Shown: positions 51,983-62,897 of the stretch, one piece after another
How positions within the stretch are numbered: position 1 is the first letter of the stretch
Layout: every line of letters begins with the position of its first letter
DNA from: Gammaproteobacteria bacterium
GTDB taxonomy: Bacteria > Pseudomonadota > Gammaproteobacteria > Eutrophobiales > Eutrophobiaceae
Length of the DNA stretch: 64,000 bases
Reading direction: 5' to 3'
NCBI GenBank assembly: GCA_963422205.2
Contig: CAXMWX010000001.1
Location: forward strand, 128,001-192,000
The notes under the pieces: model-generated
Told to the model about the DNA's origin: nothing
The model's input: the letters and a program-made list of their open reading frames with translations, nothing else
Database searches by the model: none
Translations under genes and position numbers: made by a program

Positions 51983-53004
51983 GCTGGCCCCGGCTTGTGG
52001 TGATTGACCAGTGTAATGGCCATGTTGACCGCGGCGATGAGGCTTTGCGGATCAGCCTGCCCGGTGCCAGCCAGTTCAAACGCCGTGCCGTGATCGACCG
52101 AGGTTCTGATGACCGGTAAGCCAAGCGTGACGTTGACGGTCTCGCCAAAGCCGTGCGATTTGATAACCGGCAGGCCCTGATCGTGATACATGGTCAGCAC
52201 CACATCGGCCTGTTTCAGCACAGCGCTTGTGAACGCGGTATCGGCTGGCACCGGCCCGTGAAGTGCATAGCCCTTGGTCTGTAAATTCTGGGTCTGTAAA
52301 TTTTTCACCACCGGTGCAATGATCCGAATCTCCTCATCGCCCAGATAACCTTGCTCGCCAGCATGTGGGTTCAGCCCGCAGATCACTATCCGTGGCCGGG
52401 CAAGCCCAAACCTCTGCCGTAAATCTTTCGCAACGATCGTAATCGTCTGTTGCAATCGCTCGGTGGTAATCGCCGCGGCCACCTGATGCAGTGGCAGGTG
52501 GGTGGTGACCAGTGCCACCCGGCAGAAATCATTGACCAGCAACATCACCGGCAGATAGTCGCCGCACAGTCCGGCGATATACTCTGTATGCCCGGAGAAC
52601 GCAAAACCGGCCTCGGCGATCACCGATTTGCTCACCGGCCCGGTGACCATGGCAGCACACTCGCCATCAAGACAGGCGGTGACGGCGGTCTTGATGGTCT
52701 TGAGTACGTAGCTGGCGTTTGCCCGACTCGCCCGACCAGCAGTGACGTCAGCGGCCAGCTGCTCATCAACAAGCCATAGCTCACCGGGGGTGTGTCGGGC
52801 GCTGGGCGCGTGGGGATCATACTCTCGCAGGGACACTGTCAGGTTAAGATCGTCTGCGCGTTGCTGTAGCAAGGTCTTGCTGGCGCTGACGATCAACTGG
52901 GCCGGGAAGGTGTGTTGTGCCAACAGCAAGACCAACTCCGGGCCAATACCGGCCGGCTCGCCCGCGGTGAGCATGATCTTTGGGATGGGTGTGCCTGCTG
53001 TCAT
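51979..53004 (-). CDS. pdxA: 4-hydroxythreonine-4-phosphate dehydrogenase
   Basis: GEPAGIGPE, GHTEY, GLNPHAGE, MYHDQGL, RTSVDHGTA. Confidence 0.96.
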   Translation of the reverse strand: MTAGTPIPKIMLTAGEPAGIGPELVLLLAQHTFPAQLIVSASKTLLQQRADDLNLTVSLREYDPHAPSARHTPGELWLVDEQLAADVTAGRASRANASYVLKTIKTAVTACLDGECAAMVTGPVSKSVIAEAGFAFSGHTEYIAGLCGDYLPVMLLVNDFCRVALVTTHLPLHQVAAAITTERLQQTITIVAKDLRQRFGLARPRIVICGLNPHAGEQGYLGDEEIRIIAPVVKNLQTQNLQTKGYALHGPVPADTAFTSAVLKQADVVLTMYHDQGLPVIKSHGFGETVNVTLGLPVIRTSVDHGTAFELAGTGQADPQSLIAAVNMAITLVNHHKPGPA

Positions 53005-53138
53005 GATGCGTTATTTTCCACGAACACCTGAAGCGTACCTGCTCGTGCTCGCTATGCCGGCCACTTAGCCCCGCTGATCGGTGGTATGCCGTGACATCTA
53101 AAACAGCCACGCCGCCTGTGTTAAGTCAAGGTCACCGA

Positions 53139-54428
53139 TCAGAGCTCAATACGATACTCAACATAGGCATCATCGCGCATCTCACGCAACCAGTTGCCCC
53201 GTGCCTCATCCAGTTTTCTGCGCCTGATGGCCTCGCGTGCACGTGCGCGTTTGATATCTTCCGTGCTGTCATGCTCTCTGCGCTCCAGCACCTGCACAAT
53301 ATGAAAACCGAACGGCGTCCTGAATGGATGGCTTATCTCATTCGGCTGCAAGCCATTCATCACCTGTTCAAACTCTGGCACCAGATCGCCGGGGTTAGTC
53401 CAGCCCAGATCACCGCCCGCCGCTGCGCTTACCGTATCATTGGAGTGACCCTGCGCCAGCTCTGCAAAATTATCACCGCCTTCAATGCGGAGTTTTAGCT
53501 GTTGCAGACGTTGCCTTGCATCCGCCTCACTCGTAAGCTCATCAGGACGGATCAGGATATGCCGGGCGCGGGTTTGCGTGACAACGACTTTGTCAGTGCG
53601 GCGTACATCCACCAATCGAATGATGTGATACCCGCTGGGGCTTTTGATCAATTCGCTGGTGTCGCCTTTGTTCATGTCGGCCACGAAGCTGGCAAACAGG
53701 GTGGGTAGCTGGCCAGATTCTCGCCAGCCCAGATCGCCGCCATTCAATGCCTGCTGACCATCGGAATAGCTGACGGCCAAATCAGAAAAACTGCCGCCAT
53801 TTCTTAAATCAGCCAGTAATTTTTCAGCCCTGTCCCTGGTCTTGGCAACGGTATCGGATGCGGCATTTTCCGGGATGGCTATCAGGATATGGGCAAGGCG
53901 ATATTCGATTTCTGTATCGCCTTGATGCGCCATGTTGGCAAGGTAGTTTTCAATTTCCCGCTCACTGACGGTAATGCGATTATCCACCTGGCGCTGTTGC
54001 AGGCGGCTGATCATGATCTCGTTTTTGATATCTTCGCGAAAACTCTCATAACCATAACCTTCATTCTCAAGGATCTGCCGAAATTCATTCAGGCTCATGG
54101 CATTCTCCGCCGCAATATTGCTCAAGGTTCTGTTCAGCGTCTCATCATCAACCCGAATCCCGGTCTGCTGTGCCATCTGCATTTGCAGCTTGGTCAGGAT
54201 GAGTTGATCCAGCACCTGCTTCTCCAGCAGCCTGGCGGGGGGAAGCTGGGTTGCCTGCTCGCTGAGTTGATTTTTTACCCCGCGCACTTTATTCGCCAAC
54301 TCGCTGTGCATGATCACATCATCGTTGACAATGGCGACTATCTTGTCGAGTTCCACACCAGCAAGGGCGGGATGCACCAGAGAAAAAACCAGCAAAACTC
54401 TGTGTATCCATGTGTTGTCATATAGCAT
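53139..54428 (-). CDS. surA: Periplasmic chaperone/PPIase SurA
   Basis: LDKIVAIVN, two parvulin domains (HILI...GGDLGW...GYHI / GFHI), AYVE end. Confidence 0.94.
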   Translation of the reverse strand: MLYDNTWIHRVLLVFSLVHPALAGVELDKIVAIVNDDVIMHSELANKVRGVKNQLSEQATQLPPARLLEKQVLDQLILTKLQMQMAQQTGIRVDDETLNRTLSNIAAENAMSLNEFRQILENEGYGYESFREDIKNEIMISRLQQRQVDNRITVSEREIENYLANMAHQGDTEIEYRLAHILIAIPENAASDTVAKTRDRAEKLLADLRNGGSFSDLAVSYSDGQQALNGGDLGWRESGQLPTLFASFVADMNKGDTSELIKSPSGYHIIRLVDVRRTDKVVVTQTRARHILIRPDELTSEADARQRLQQLKLRIEGGDNFAELAQGHSNDTVSAAAGGDLGWTNPGDLVPEFEQVMNGLQPNEISHPFRTPFGFHIVQVLERREHDSTEDIKRARAREAIRRRKLDEARGNWLREMRDDAYVEYRIEL

Positions 54429-54433
54429 AAGCG

Positions 54434-56737
54434 TTAAAAACCATCGTTATAGCCCGGAATGGACTGGCTGATAAAATGTGTGGCTGCCTGCCCCAGACCG
54501 GCCAGCCCTTTAAGTTCAAATTGCAGAAAAAAGCCACGGGTAAAATCGCCATCCAGACTGGTTAAAAAACGTCTGCCGATTGCCCGCACAGCAAAGCAAC
54601 AACTGTCGTACTGTACACCAGCGAACATGTCCAGTGAACGGTTTTCCGAGACGGCATAATTCCAGCGTCCAACCACATGCCACTGCCGGCCAACTGGCCA
54701 GGCCAGCGAGATATCGGTTTGATCAATGTCCGTGGGGTTACGGCGGATAACGCCCGAGGCAGCCCGGCGGACACGATACCCCAGGTTCAGCACCTTGTCA
54801 TCGGCGGGGCGGTATTGTGCCTTGATGGCGAGTTTCTCTGTCACCTTGCCCTCCGGCTGCCAGTGCAGCTCGGCTGTCATCGTCCAGTGCTTGATCAAGG
54901 TTGTGCCCAACTCGGCCACCAGCGGTGAATAGATAGTATCGTTGCGAACACCGGTATTGACTAGCCTACCGTTACCTGCGATGCGTTGTGTGATCACATC
55001 CTGCGCTGCGAACCGGTAGGTCTGGGCGAGGCGGACATAGGCGGTTTCACTGCCGGTATTACGGTTGATCAGGCGGCTGGTAATCGCCGCCGTGATCTGG
55101 TTGGCATCGCCCATGCGATCGGCGCTTGAGAATCGATCCGCCCGGAACAGGGAATCATAGCTGGTGTTGTAGATCCCGGTATCGAACACCGGCAGATCGG
55201 ATTGGTCGTGATCAGGCACGTACAGGTAATACAGACGGGGTTCCAGGGTTTGCAGATACTTTGCATCAGACAAGTCTGTGTAACGATCAAAGATGAGCCC
55301 GGTATCCAGGCTGACCATCGGCAAGAGACGGCTGGGGCTGGAAGCAAACGGCCCGCTGTCGCTTAACTCATACCGGGTGTAGCGAAGCCCAACCGTGGGC
55401 GTGAAGTGCCCTGCCTGGTGCTGGTGGCGATAACTCAACATGGGGAAGACATCCATACGCAAGCCGTTGACATCATTTGCCAGTCCGGTCTCATCGGTTC
55501 TGTCAAAATGCACCAGCTCTGAGCGGAGGGTGAGATTGAGGCGGTTAGCCCCTGTCAGTGGCTGGTAATTGAACTGCACCTGTGGCAGCCGTTGATAGGG
55601 TTTGGAGGTGACGCTGATCGTCTCATCCACGCTCTGATACCCCTGAAGGCGTGCATGGAGTTGCCACCTGGCCGCACCGTAGCTAAATGCTGCCAACTGT
55701 GGCAGGTAGCGCTGGCTGGTGACTGTCTGTTGTGCGCCGAGGTCCTGAAAATAGCGCCGATCAGAGGCCCGATTATAGCGCAGCTGCAGTTTGCCCCGGC
55801 CAAGCACAGACTGATCATGTGCAAGCCGTAACAGGCTGCGATCCCGGCCCTGGAACAGATTATCGCCGGGCAAATAGTCAAGATTGACAAACCCCCGCAT
55901 TCGCCGGGTCAGGTAGCGAAACTCGCCCATGCCCATCAGCCCCCGGTCAGTGATCAGCCTTGGGGTGAGGGTGGCATCCATGTTCGGTGCGATGTTCAGG
56001 TACAGCGGCGTTTGCAATTCCAGCCCGCCATTGCTGGAGGTGCCATAAGTCGGCACCAGAAAGCCGGTCTTTCTCTTCTGGCTCAACGGGAAGGTCAGAT
56101 AAGGCGAGTAAAAAACCGGCACGTCTTTGATCTTCAGCATCACATGCCTGGCCGTGCCACGGTCTGTCTCATGGTTAAGCACCAGCTCTCTTGCGCTGAT
56201 CTTCCAGACATTGTCATCCAGGCGCCATCGCTCGGTCGCCGGGTCGCAGGTGGTGAAGTCCGCCACCTTGCCTCGGGTGATCTCATCGACATCAATGAAT
56301 AACTCCTCGGCATGACCACGGCCCCGGTTCTCCAGCAGATAGTAGTCGGCGTTGGCAAATACCCCCGTGCTGTTTTCCAGTTCAATATCAGCGGTGTCGC
56401 TGTGCAGGTAGAGGGATTCATCCCACAAGTTCACATCCCCCATGAGCCTGGCGTTATTCTTTGTGCGGTTATAGAACACCTCATCGGCACGCATGTGTTG
56501 CTCATCCCGGCGCATCTCCACATTCCCTTGCAGGTGTGAGAGCCCCGCTTCGATCAAATCGGCCTGGTCAGCATGTGCATAGGTGTCGCCAGCGTCCAGT
56601 TCAACATCAATCAACGGGCGGGCCGGGATATCAAGCGCACGGGGACACAGGGCGGAGGTCTGTGGCTGGGCAGCCGTGCTGATAAGCAGCAGGCCGGGAA
56701 AGACAAGCGCTTGCAGCGGCAATCGCGGGTTTTTCAT
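54434..56737 (-). CDS. lptD: LPS-assembly protein LptD
   Basis: FTTC, PVFYSPY, RKTGFL.P, LNIAPNMD, LEPRLYYLYVP, YDSCC, FELKGL. Confidence 0.95.
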   Translation of the reverse strand: MKNPRLPLQALVFPGLLLISTAAQPQTSALCPRALDIPARPLIDVELDAGDTYAHADQADLIEAGLSHLQGNVEMRRDEQHMRADEVFYNRTKNNARLMGDVNLWDESLYLHSDTADIELENSTGVFANADYYLLENRGRGHAEELFIDVDEITRGKVADFTTCDPATERWRLDDNVWKISARELVLNHETDRGTARHVMLKIKDVPVFYSPYLTFPLSQKRKTGFLVPTYGTSSNGGLELQTPLYLNIAPNMDATLTPRLITDRGLMGMGEFRYLTRRMRGFVNLDYLPGDNLFQGRDRSLLRLAHDQSVLGRGKLQLRYNRASDRRYFQDLGAQQTVTSQRYLPQLAAFSYGAARWQLHARLQGYQSVDETISVTSKPYQRLPQVQFNYQPLTGANRLNLTLRSELVHFDRTDETGLANDVNGLRMDVFPMLSYRHQHQAGHFTPTVGLRYTRYELSDSGPFASSPSRLLPMVSLDTGLIFDRYTDLSDAKYLQTLEPRLYYLYVPDHDQSDLPVFDTGIYNTSYDSLFRADRFSSADRMGDANQITAAITSRLINRNTGSETAYVRLAQTYRFAAQDVITQRIAGNGRLVNTGVRNDTIYSPLVAELGTTLIKHWTMTAELHWQPEGKVTEKLAIKAQYRPADDKVLNLGYRVRRAASGVIRRNPTDIDQTDISLAWPVGRQWHVVGRWNYAVSENRSLDMFAGVQYDSCCFAVRAIGRRFLTSLDGDFTRGFFLQFELKGLAGLGQAATHFISQSIPGYNDGF

Positions 56738-56940
56738 GGCGCCATGTTACTGTGGGTTGTGACTGGCATGTTTACTGGCATGGGACGATAAAATGGCACA
56801 GCCTGACAACAGATTCAAATTTTTCCTCATACCGGTTCGGTTCAATGCAACTGGTCAATGCAACGGGATGCCACTTATACTGTAACATAACTGACACCTT
56901 ATCCATGCCTTAACTATATCAACGCTATGAGACAGTCGTG

Positions 56941-58083
56941 ATGCGTATCCTGGTCATCCTGGCAGGTGCTGTCGTGACGGCGGTTGTCTTGTTTGTCACC
57001 CGCCCTCAATCCCATGCCGGTTTAAGGCCGCCGCCCTTACCACGTATCGACACGGTCACGGTGCTGCAAACAGCTGTTCAAACCACGGTCACGCTGGCCG
57101 GACGCCTGCAACCGGCCCGCCGGGCCAGCCTGCCGTTTGAGGTGGCCGGGCAGGTGATTGAGCGGCGGGCAGAGCCCGGCCAAGCCGTTGCCCGGGGCGA
57201 TGTCCTGCTGCTGATTGACAGCGGCGATTATACCGATACCGTTGCCGAGGCCAGGGCGATGCTGGCGCAGGAGAGCCGCGCTATTCAGCGGGATAACAGG
57301 CTGCTGCTGCTGGCGCAGAAAGAGCGCAAGATCATGCAGCGGGAGTTAAAGCGCCTAGGCTTGCTGGAGCAGCAATCACTGGCCTCAAAGTCGCGGTTTG
57401 AACAGGCACAACGTGCCTTACTCAGCCAGCAGGAACAGGAGGCCGCCCTCCAGCACAGTGTCGATACCGCCCCTGTACGCCGTGCCCGTTTGCAGGCCAG
57501 CCTGGACAGGGCCAGCAGGAATCTGCACCGCACGCGTCTGCTGGCGCCGTTCTCCGGCGTGGTGAACCATGTTGCGGTGGAGGTGGTTGATTATGTCAGC
57601 CGGGGGCAACAGGTGCTGGAGTTGATTCAGATAGAGGAGCTGGATGTCTATCTGGAGGTGAACGGCCAGCTTGCCCGCCTGCTCTCGCCGCCACAGTCGG
57701 TGGTGGTAAGGCACGAACAGCAGGCGATCACCGGCCTGATCGTTGCTGTCAGCCGTGCCCCGGATGCCGCCACCAATACCCATGCCGTGCGGGTTCGGCT
57801 GCCTGCGGATGGCCTGCACCCGGGCGCCATCGTGCGCGTGGAATTACCCGGCCAGTTCTTTGCGGCGGCGAAGGTCATTCCGGCCTCGGCCTTACTGCGT
57901 ACCGCCAGCCAGGATTATGTCTTTGAGGTCAATGCCGGCCGCCTTAAACGTGTGCCTGTATCGTTGCGTGCCAGCCTGCCCGGGCAGTATGTGATCGAGG
58001 GTATCAGCGCTGGCGCCATCATCGCCGAGCGCGATGTTGCCGCCTTCCAGGACGGGCAGCAGATCAGCGTATCTGCCCCTTGA
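56941..58083 (+). CDS. RND efflux membrane-fusion (periplasmic adaptor) protein
   Basis: N-terminal TM, EVAGQV lipoyl half, coiled coil, LAPFSGVV. Confidence 0.88.
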   Translation: MRILVILAGAVVTAVVLFVTRPQSHAGLRPPPLPRIDTVTVLQTAVQTTVTLAGRLQPARRASLPFEVAGQVIERRAEPGQAVARGDVLLLIDSGDYTDTVAEARAMLAQESRAIQRDNRLLLLAQKERKIMQRELKRLGLLEQQSLASKSRFEQAQRALLSQQEQEAALQHSVDTAPVRRARLQASLDRASRNLHRTRLLAPFSGVVNHVAVEVVDYVSRGQQVLELIQIEELDVYLEVNGQLARLLSPPQSVVVRHEQQAITGLIVAVSRAPDAATNTHAVRVRLPADGLHPGAIVRVELPGQFFAAAKVIPASALLRTASQDYVFEVNAGRLKRVPVSLRASLPGQYVIEGISAGAIIAERDVAAFQDGQQISVSAP

Positions 58084-58089
58084 CAGTTG

Positions 58090-61000
58090 ATGAATATCAT
58101 CGGTTTTTCTATCCGCAATCCCCTGCTGGTGAACCTGGGGCTGGTGCTGGTCATGTTGCTGGGGGTGTTGGCCTGGTATGCCATGCCGCAGGAGGTCTTT
58201 CCGGTCGTGCAGTTGGACATGGTGCGTATCGCCACGGAGTTTGAAGGCGCATCACCGGCTGAAGTGGAACAACAGATCACCGTTGTGCTGGAGGAGGAAT
58301 TTGCCGATGCCCAGGATATTGACTTCATCTCTTCGATTAGCGGCGAAGGCTATTCCAGCATCTTCATACAACTCAAGGCCGGTTCGAATGTGGATGATTT
58401 TATGGCCGATGCCCGCACGTTGCTTGACCGCATTGATACCCTGCCTGAAATTGCCGAACCGCCGGAATTGAACCGGATCCGTGCCCGTTTCCCGGTGGCA
58501 ACGCTGACACTCTACGGCGAAGCGCCGCAAGCCGACTTGTCTGAACAGGCTGAACATCTGCGTGAGCAGATCATGCAGATCCCGGGCGTGGCCAGCGTGG
58601 GAGTTGCCGGCGAGCGTGACTGGGAGTTGCGGGTGGTGGTTGACCCTCATGAGTTGGCGGCCATGAAGATCTCATTGCAGCAGGTGATGCTCGCCCTGCG
58701 TGATAATTTACGCGATCAACCGGGCGGCAAGATCACCTCGGCGGAGGGGGATATTCGTCTGCGCGGCAAAGGGGTGGCGCCTGATCCGGAGCAGATCGAG
58801 GCGATTGTCCTGTTGAGCAATGCTAATGGCGGGCAACTGCGCCTGGGCGATATTGCCAGCATCATGCGCCAGTTCGAAGAGGAAAAGACCCATGCCAGAT
58901 TCTCCGGCCAGCCATCGATCAATTTGACCATCACCAAGACGGCCGATGCCTCAACGATTGCGGTGGCCGAGCAAAGCTGGCGCCTGGCACAGCAGATAGA
59001 GAAGCACCTGCCGCCGACCATCAGGATTGCCATGCATACAGATACCTCGGTGTATTTGAAGACGCGCCTGAATGTGGTCAAGTCCTCCGGTCTGGTCGGC
59101 TTGATACTGGTACTGGCCGCTTTGTATGTGTTGCTGAATTTTCGCGTTGCCCTGGTGACGGCGCTGGGGATTCCGGTTTCATTTTTAATCGCCGTTGTGC
59201 TTATGTATGGTTTTTCCTATTCCATCAACATGGTCTCGCTGTTTGCTTTTTTGATTGTGCTGGGCATGATTGTTGATGATGCCATCATCGTGACGGAAAA
59301 CATCTACCGGCATATAGAAGCCGGGCAGGGCTTTGCCCGTGCGGCGGAGTTGGGCGCAAAAGAGGTCTTCTGGCCGGTCGTGGTGTCGACATTGACAACG
59401 ATTGCGGCCTTCATGCCCATGCTCTCCATTGAGGGGATCTGGGGTGAGTTCATGGAGGTGATCCCGTTTGTGGTGTGTGCGGCCCTGCTGGGCTCGCTGA
59501 TTGAGGCGTTTGCCGTCCTGCCCAGCCATGCAGCCCATTGTCTGCGCCTGCAGCCGGGCAAACAACGGCGACTCATCCACTGGCCGGCGGTGTTGTCACA
59601 TTACCAGGGGGTATTGCGCTGGTCGGTGCAGAATCGTTTGACCGTGGCGGCACTTAGCCTCGCGCTTTTGATCATCACTGTGAGCTATGCGCTGACCCGT
59701 TTGCCTTACGAACAATTTGGTGATGTGGAGACCGGCCAGTTTTTTATCAACATTGAGACCCCCAACACCTATCGTCTGGAAGACAGCCTGGCGCTTACCG
59801 GCCAACTGGAAGAGATCACACAAGCCGTCATCACGCCGGAAGAATTGAAGTCTCTGATTGTCAATGTCGGCCTGTCTTTTATTGATTTTAATCGTTTTAA
59901 GGCCGGTTCTAACCTGATCCAACTGGTCGTTGATCTGGAAGAACCTGCCCCCCAGGGCGTTATCGAAAAATGGGTCTCGCCGCTGGTGAGCCTTGATTTT
60001 TCAGCGCACGGTACCCGCCTGCGTTCCACCGATGAGATCATCGATGCGATCAGGGGACGATTCGCCCATATCAGCGGCATTGAACGGTTCAGCATTCTCA
60101 AGCTGCAAGCCGGCCCGGCCGGCCCGGATATCTCGGTTGGTCTCGCCAGCGATGATGCTGCCTTACTGGCCGCCAGGGTGGATGAGATCAGCACCTATCT
60201 GGCGGCAGTCGATGGCGTACAGGATGTGCAACATGATCAGGAGCCGGGCAAGGTTGAGTATAAATATGAATTAAATGATCGGGGCCGGCAGTTGGGCATA
60301 TCACAATCGCAACTGGCCAGTGCTGTGCGTACCGGTTTTTTGGGCAGCGAGGTAGTGCATGTGACCTGGAAAGAGAAACGCCTGCCGGTGCGGGTGATCT
60401 ATCCTGACTACATTCGCCAGCAATCATCCAGCCTGCACCAACTGCCGATCGTTCTGGCGGATGGCCGCATGGTGTATCTTGCCGATGTGGCTGACATCAG
60501 CATCTCGCGTGGCCTGAACCAGATCCGAAGGCGCGATAATCAACGTATGGTGCGTATTAATGCCGAGGTGGATACCGCCGTGATCACGCCCCTGGCCGTC
60601 ACCCGGCTGATTGAGGAGAAGTTCTCGCCCAAACAAGACGATGCCGGTTACAGCCTGCGCTTTATGGGGCAGAAAAAAGACATGGAAGATTCATTTGCCG
60701 GCATGTATGAGGCGCTGACCATTTCGCTGATCCTGATATTTTTTCTGCTGACGGCCTTGTTCAAGTCGCTGCTGGATCCCTTTGTGATTATGTTGACGAT
60801 CCCGTTTGGTTTTATCGGCGTGGTCGCCGGACATGCCTTGTTTGATTACAATATTCAGTTTCTCTCCTTTATTGGCATGTTGGCCTTATCGGGCATTATC
60901 GTCAATGATTCCCTGATCCTGATTGATTTTGTCAAACAATCACGAATGAGAGGCCGCGATCGGATCAGCGCCGTGATTGATGCCGGGGTGGTCAGGGCAA

Positions 61001-61251
61001 GGCCGATCCTGCTGACCACAGTGACGACTTTTCTGGGCGTCTCACCGCTGATCTTTTTCTCTTCCGGACAGACAAAATTCCTTGCACCTATGGCTATCAG
61101 CTTAGGCTTCGGCCTGGTATTTGCCACGGCGGTCATCTTGCTGACGCTGCCGTGTCTTTATCTGCTGGCCGATGATGTCAAACAATCGCTGGGGCAATGG
61201 CTTCGCCATCGCAGTAAAATCAAACTTGCCCGACTCATCAACGAGATATAG
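58090..61251 (+). CDS. RND efflux permease (AcrB/HAE1-like)
   Basis: About 1050 aa; GMIVDDAIIVTEN, GIIVNDS, RARPILLTTVTT, PMAISLGFGLVFAT. Confidence 0.92.
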   Translation: MNIIGFSIRNPLLVNLGLVLVMLLGVLAWYAMPQEVFPVVQLDMVRIATEFEGASPAEVEQQITVVLEEEFADAQDIDFISSISGEGYSSIFIQLKAGSNVDDFMADARTLLDRIDTLPEIAEPPELNRIRARFPVATLTLYGEAPQADLSEQAEHLREQIMQIPGVASVGVAGERDWELRVVVDPHELAAMKISLQQVMLALRDNLRDQPGGKITSAEGDIRLRGKGVAPDPEQIEAIVLLSNANGGQLRLGDIASIMRQFEEEKTHARFSGQPSINLTITKTADASTIAVAEQSWRLAQQIEKHLPPTIRIAMHTDTSVYLKTRLNVVKSSGLVGLILVLAALYVLLNFRVALVTALGIPVSFLIAVVLMYGFSYSINMVSLFAFLIVLGMIVDDAIIVTENIYRHIEAGQGFARAAELGAKEVFWPVVVSTLTTIAAFMPMLSIEGIWGEFMEVIPFVVCAALLGSLIEAFAVLPSHAAHCLRLQPGKQRRLIHWPAVLSHYQGVLRWSVQNRLTVAALSLALLIITVSYALTRLPYEQFGDVETGQFFINIETPNTYRLEDSLALTGQLEEITQAVITPEELKSLIVNVGLSFIDFNRFKAGSNLIQLVVDLEEPAPQGVIEKWVSPLVSLDFSAHGTRLRSTDEIIDAIRGRFAHISGIERFSILKLQAGPAGPDISVGLASDDAALLAARVDEISTYLAAVDGVQDVQHDQEPGKVEYKYELNDRGRQLGISQSQLASAVRTGFLGSEVVHVTWKEKRLPVRVIYPDYIRQQSSSLHQLPIVLADGRMVYLADVADISISRGLNQIRRRDNQRMVRINAEVDTAVITPLAVTRLIEEKFSPKQDDAGYSLRFMGQKKDMEDSFAGMYEALTISLILIFFLLTALFKSLLDPFVIMLTIPFGFIGVVAGHALFDYNIQFLSFIGMLALSGIIVNDSLILIDFVKQSRMRGRDRISAVIDAGVVRARPILLTTVTTFLGVSPLIFFSSGQTKFLAPMAISLGFGLVFATAVILLTLPCLYLLADDVKQSLGQWLRHRSKIKLARLINEI

Positions 61252-61870
61252 CCCGGGGTGCATCGGGCATGGACTGTGCGAGAAATTCCTGCCGGTTGTA
61301 GTGATAATATTGGGTGAGGTGTCTGAGCGCATTGACGATCGCCCGTGAGCTTACCGTGGCACCGCTGAGGTGATCGATCCGGCCGCCTTCGGGGCGGATG
61401 CGCCAGTCTTCGGCTGGCGTGTTCTGTACAGACATGCCGGTAAAAACATGCAGCCAGTCAGTGTTGCTCTGGTCTATCTGATCGCCGATATTTTCCGTTT
61501 CGTTATGGTGCAATACGTTCACGCCCATGATGCTGCCATCGATCTCAAGACCGACGATGAGTTCAATCGCCCCGTTATAGCCGCGTGCTGTTACTGGCTT
61601 AATCACCATGCCATACGTTACCCCGGCCCTGTTCAGCCGATGGATACGCAGCGTGGTGCGGGCACCGGTGTGCGTGGTGGTATCAAGGTCAACATAATCA
61701 TGCAGCGGATTGTTGTCATAGTCCTGCGTAATCACCGCGTTGAGTACGGCAAGTTCCTGTTGTTCCTGATTTTGCCGTATCCTGTCCTGCGTGAGTACGG
61801 CGGTGGCATAGATCAACACACAACAGACAAGACAGAGACTGACCAGGCGAATAGCGGATTCTCTTCTCAT
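61238..61870 (-). CDS. rnfG: Rnf electron transport complex subunit G
   Basis: GYNGAI, HNETENIG, FMN site SGATVSS. Confidence 0.88.
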   Translation of the reverse strand: MRRESAIRLVSLCLVCCVLIYATAVLTQDRIRQNQEQQELAVLNAVITQDYDNNPLHDYVDLDTTTHTGARTTLRIHRLNRAGVTYGMVIKPVTARGYNGAIELIVGLEIDGSIMGVNVLHHNETENIGDQIDQSNTDWLHVFTGMSVQNTPAEDWRIRPEGGRIDHLSGATVSSRAIVNALRHLTQYYHYNRQEFLAQSMPDAPRAISR

Positions 61871-61880
61871 GATGTTCTAT

Positions 61881-62897
61881 TCAGGCCCGCTCGCCGAATA
61901 CCCGCGGGCGCGTCTTCATATCAATCAGCGGCACGAAGGCATTGGCGAGCAACACGGCAAAGGCCGCCCCATCCGGGTAGCCGCCCCATACGCGGATGAT
62001 GTATAACAGGACGCCGATCAGGGCGCCGTAGACAAGCCGCCCGCGGGCAGTGGTGGAAGCAGATACCGGATCAGTGGCAACAAAAAACGCACAGAGCATG
62101 GTGGCACCACCGAACAGATGAAACACTGGCGAGGCATACATATCCGAATCATAAACAGCGCCCAGGCTGCTGCTGATAAACACGCCACTCAGCACCGCCA
62201 CCGGGATATGCCAGGTAATAACGCCCCGAAGTAACAGATAAAGACCGCCCGCCAGATAACACAGACTGACCCACTCCGTCCCGCGGCCGGCAAACTGACC
62301 AAAGGCTGTACTGCTGACTATCTCCGAGACCATGCTCATGCTGATCAGCCCGGTCTTTAATTCGCTCAAGGCAGTCGCCCCCGAATAGCTGTCGATCAAC
62401 CGGGCATCACCCGCAAAGATGATCTCAACCGCCTCTGTGAGTGTATGTGCCGATAAGCTGGCCGGCAGCGGCCAGGCATTCATCTCCACCGGGAAGGACA
62501 GCAGGACAAACACATAAGCTGCCATCGCCGGATTAAAAATATTATAACCAATGCCGCCAAACAGATGTTTGACCACAATCACCGCAAAGGCAATACCCAG
62601 AAGGCTGACCCACCAGCTGGTCAACGGCGTGATCGTGAGCGCGAAGATCACCGCGGTAACGATCACACTGCCATCTTTGAGGAACGGCTGCGGATCGCGT
62701 TGCCGTATTTTCAGCACGATAAATTCCAGGCTGAGGGCAAACACGATCGCCAGCAGGCAATGGATGATGATGCCCCAGCCAAACAACCAGGCCGAGCACA
62801 GGATGGCCGGCACCAGCGCCAGTATCACTTCCCGCATCATGGCGCTGACCGAAGTACGGTTATGCCAGTGTGGTGAGCTGATCGGCGACTCACGCAT
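61881..62897 (-). CDS. rnfD: Rnf electron transport complex subunit D
   Basis: Start MRESPISSPH; KHLFGGIGYNIFNPAM, SGAT, ATDPVS, GGYPDG.AFAVLLAN. Confidence 0.94.
   Translation of the reverse strand: MRESPISSPHWHNRTSVSAMMREVILALVPAILCSAWLFGWGIIIHCLLAIVFALSLEFIVLKIRQRDPQPFLKDGSVIVTAVIFALTITPLTSWWVSLLGIAFAVIVVKHLFGGIGYNIFNPAMAAYVFVLLSFPVEMNAWPLPASLSAHTLTEAVEIIFAGDARLIDSYSGATALSELKTGLISMSMVSEIVSSTAFGQFAGRGTEWVSLCYLAGGLYLLLRGVITWHIPVAVLSGVFISSSLGAVYDSDMYASPVFHLFGGATMLCAFFVATDPVSASTTARGRLVYGALIGVLLYIIRVWGGYPDGAAFAVLLANAFVPLIDMKTRPRVFGERA

Noticed and set aside
53005-53138. 134-bp gap between surA and pdxA as an inserted element
   Set aside because: No terminal repeats, target duplication or second copy seen in the window.
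58090-61251. RND permease as the hopanoid exporter HpnN
   Set aside because: AcrB/HAE1-type size and motifs with its own adaptor protein, 40 kb from the hpn genes; HpnN is MMPL-like.
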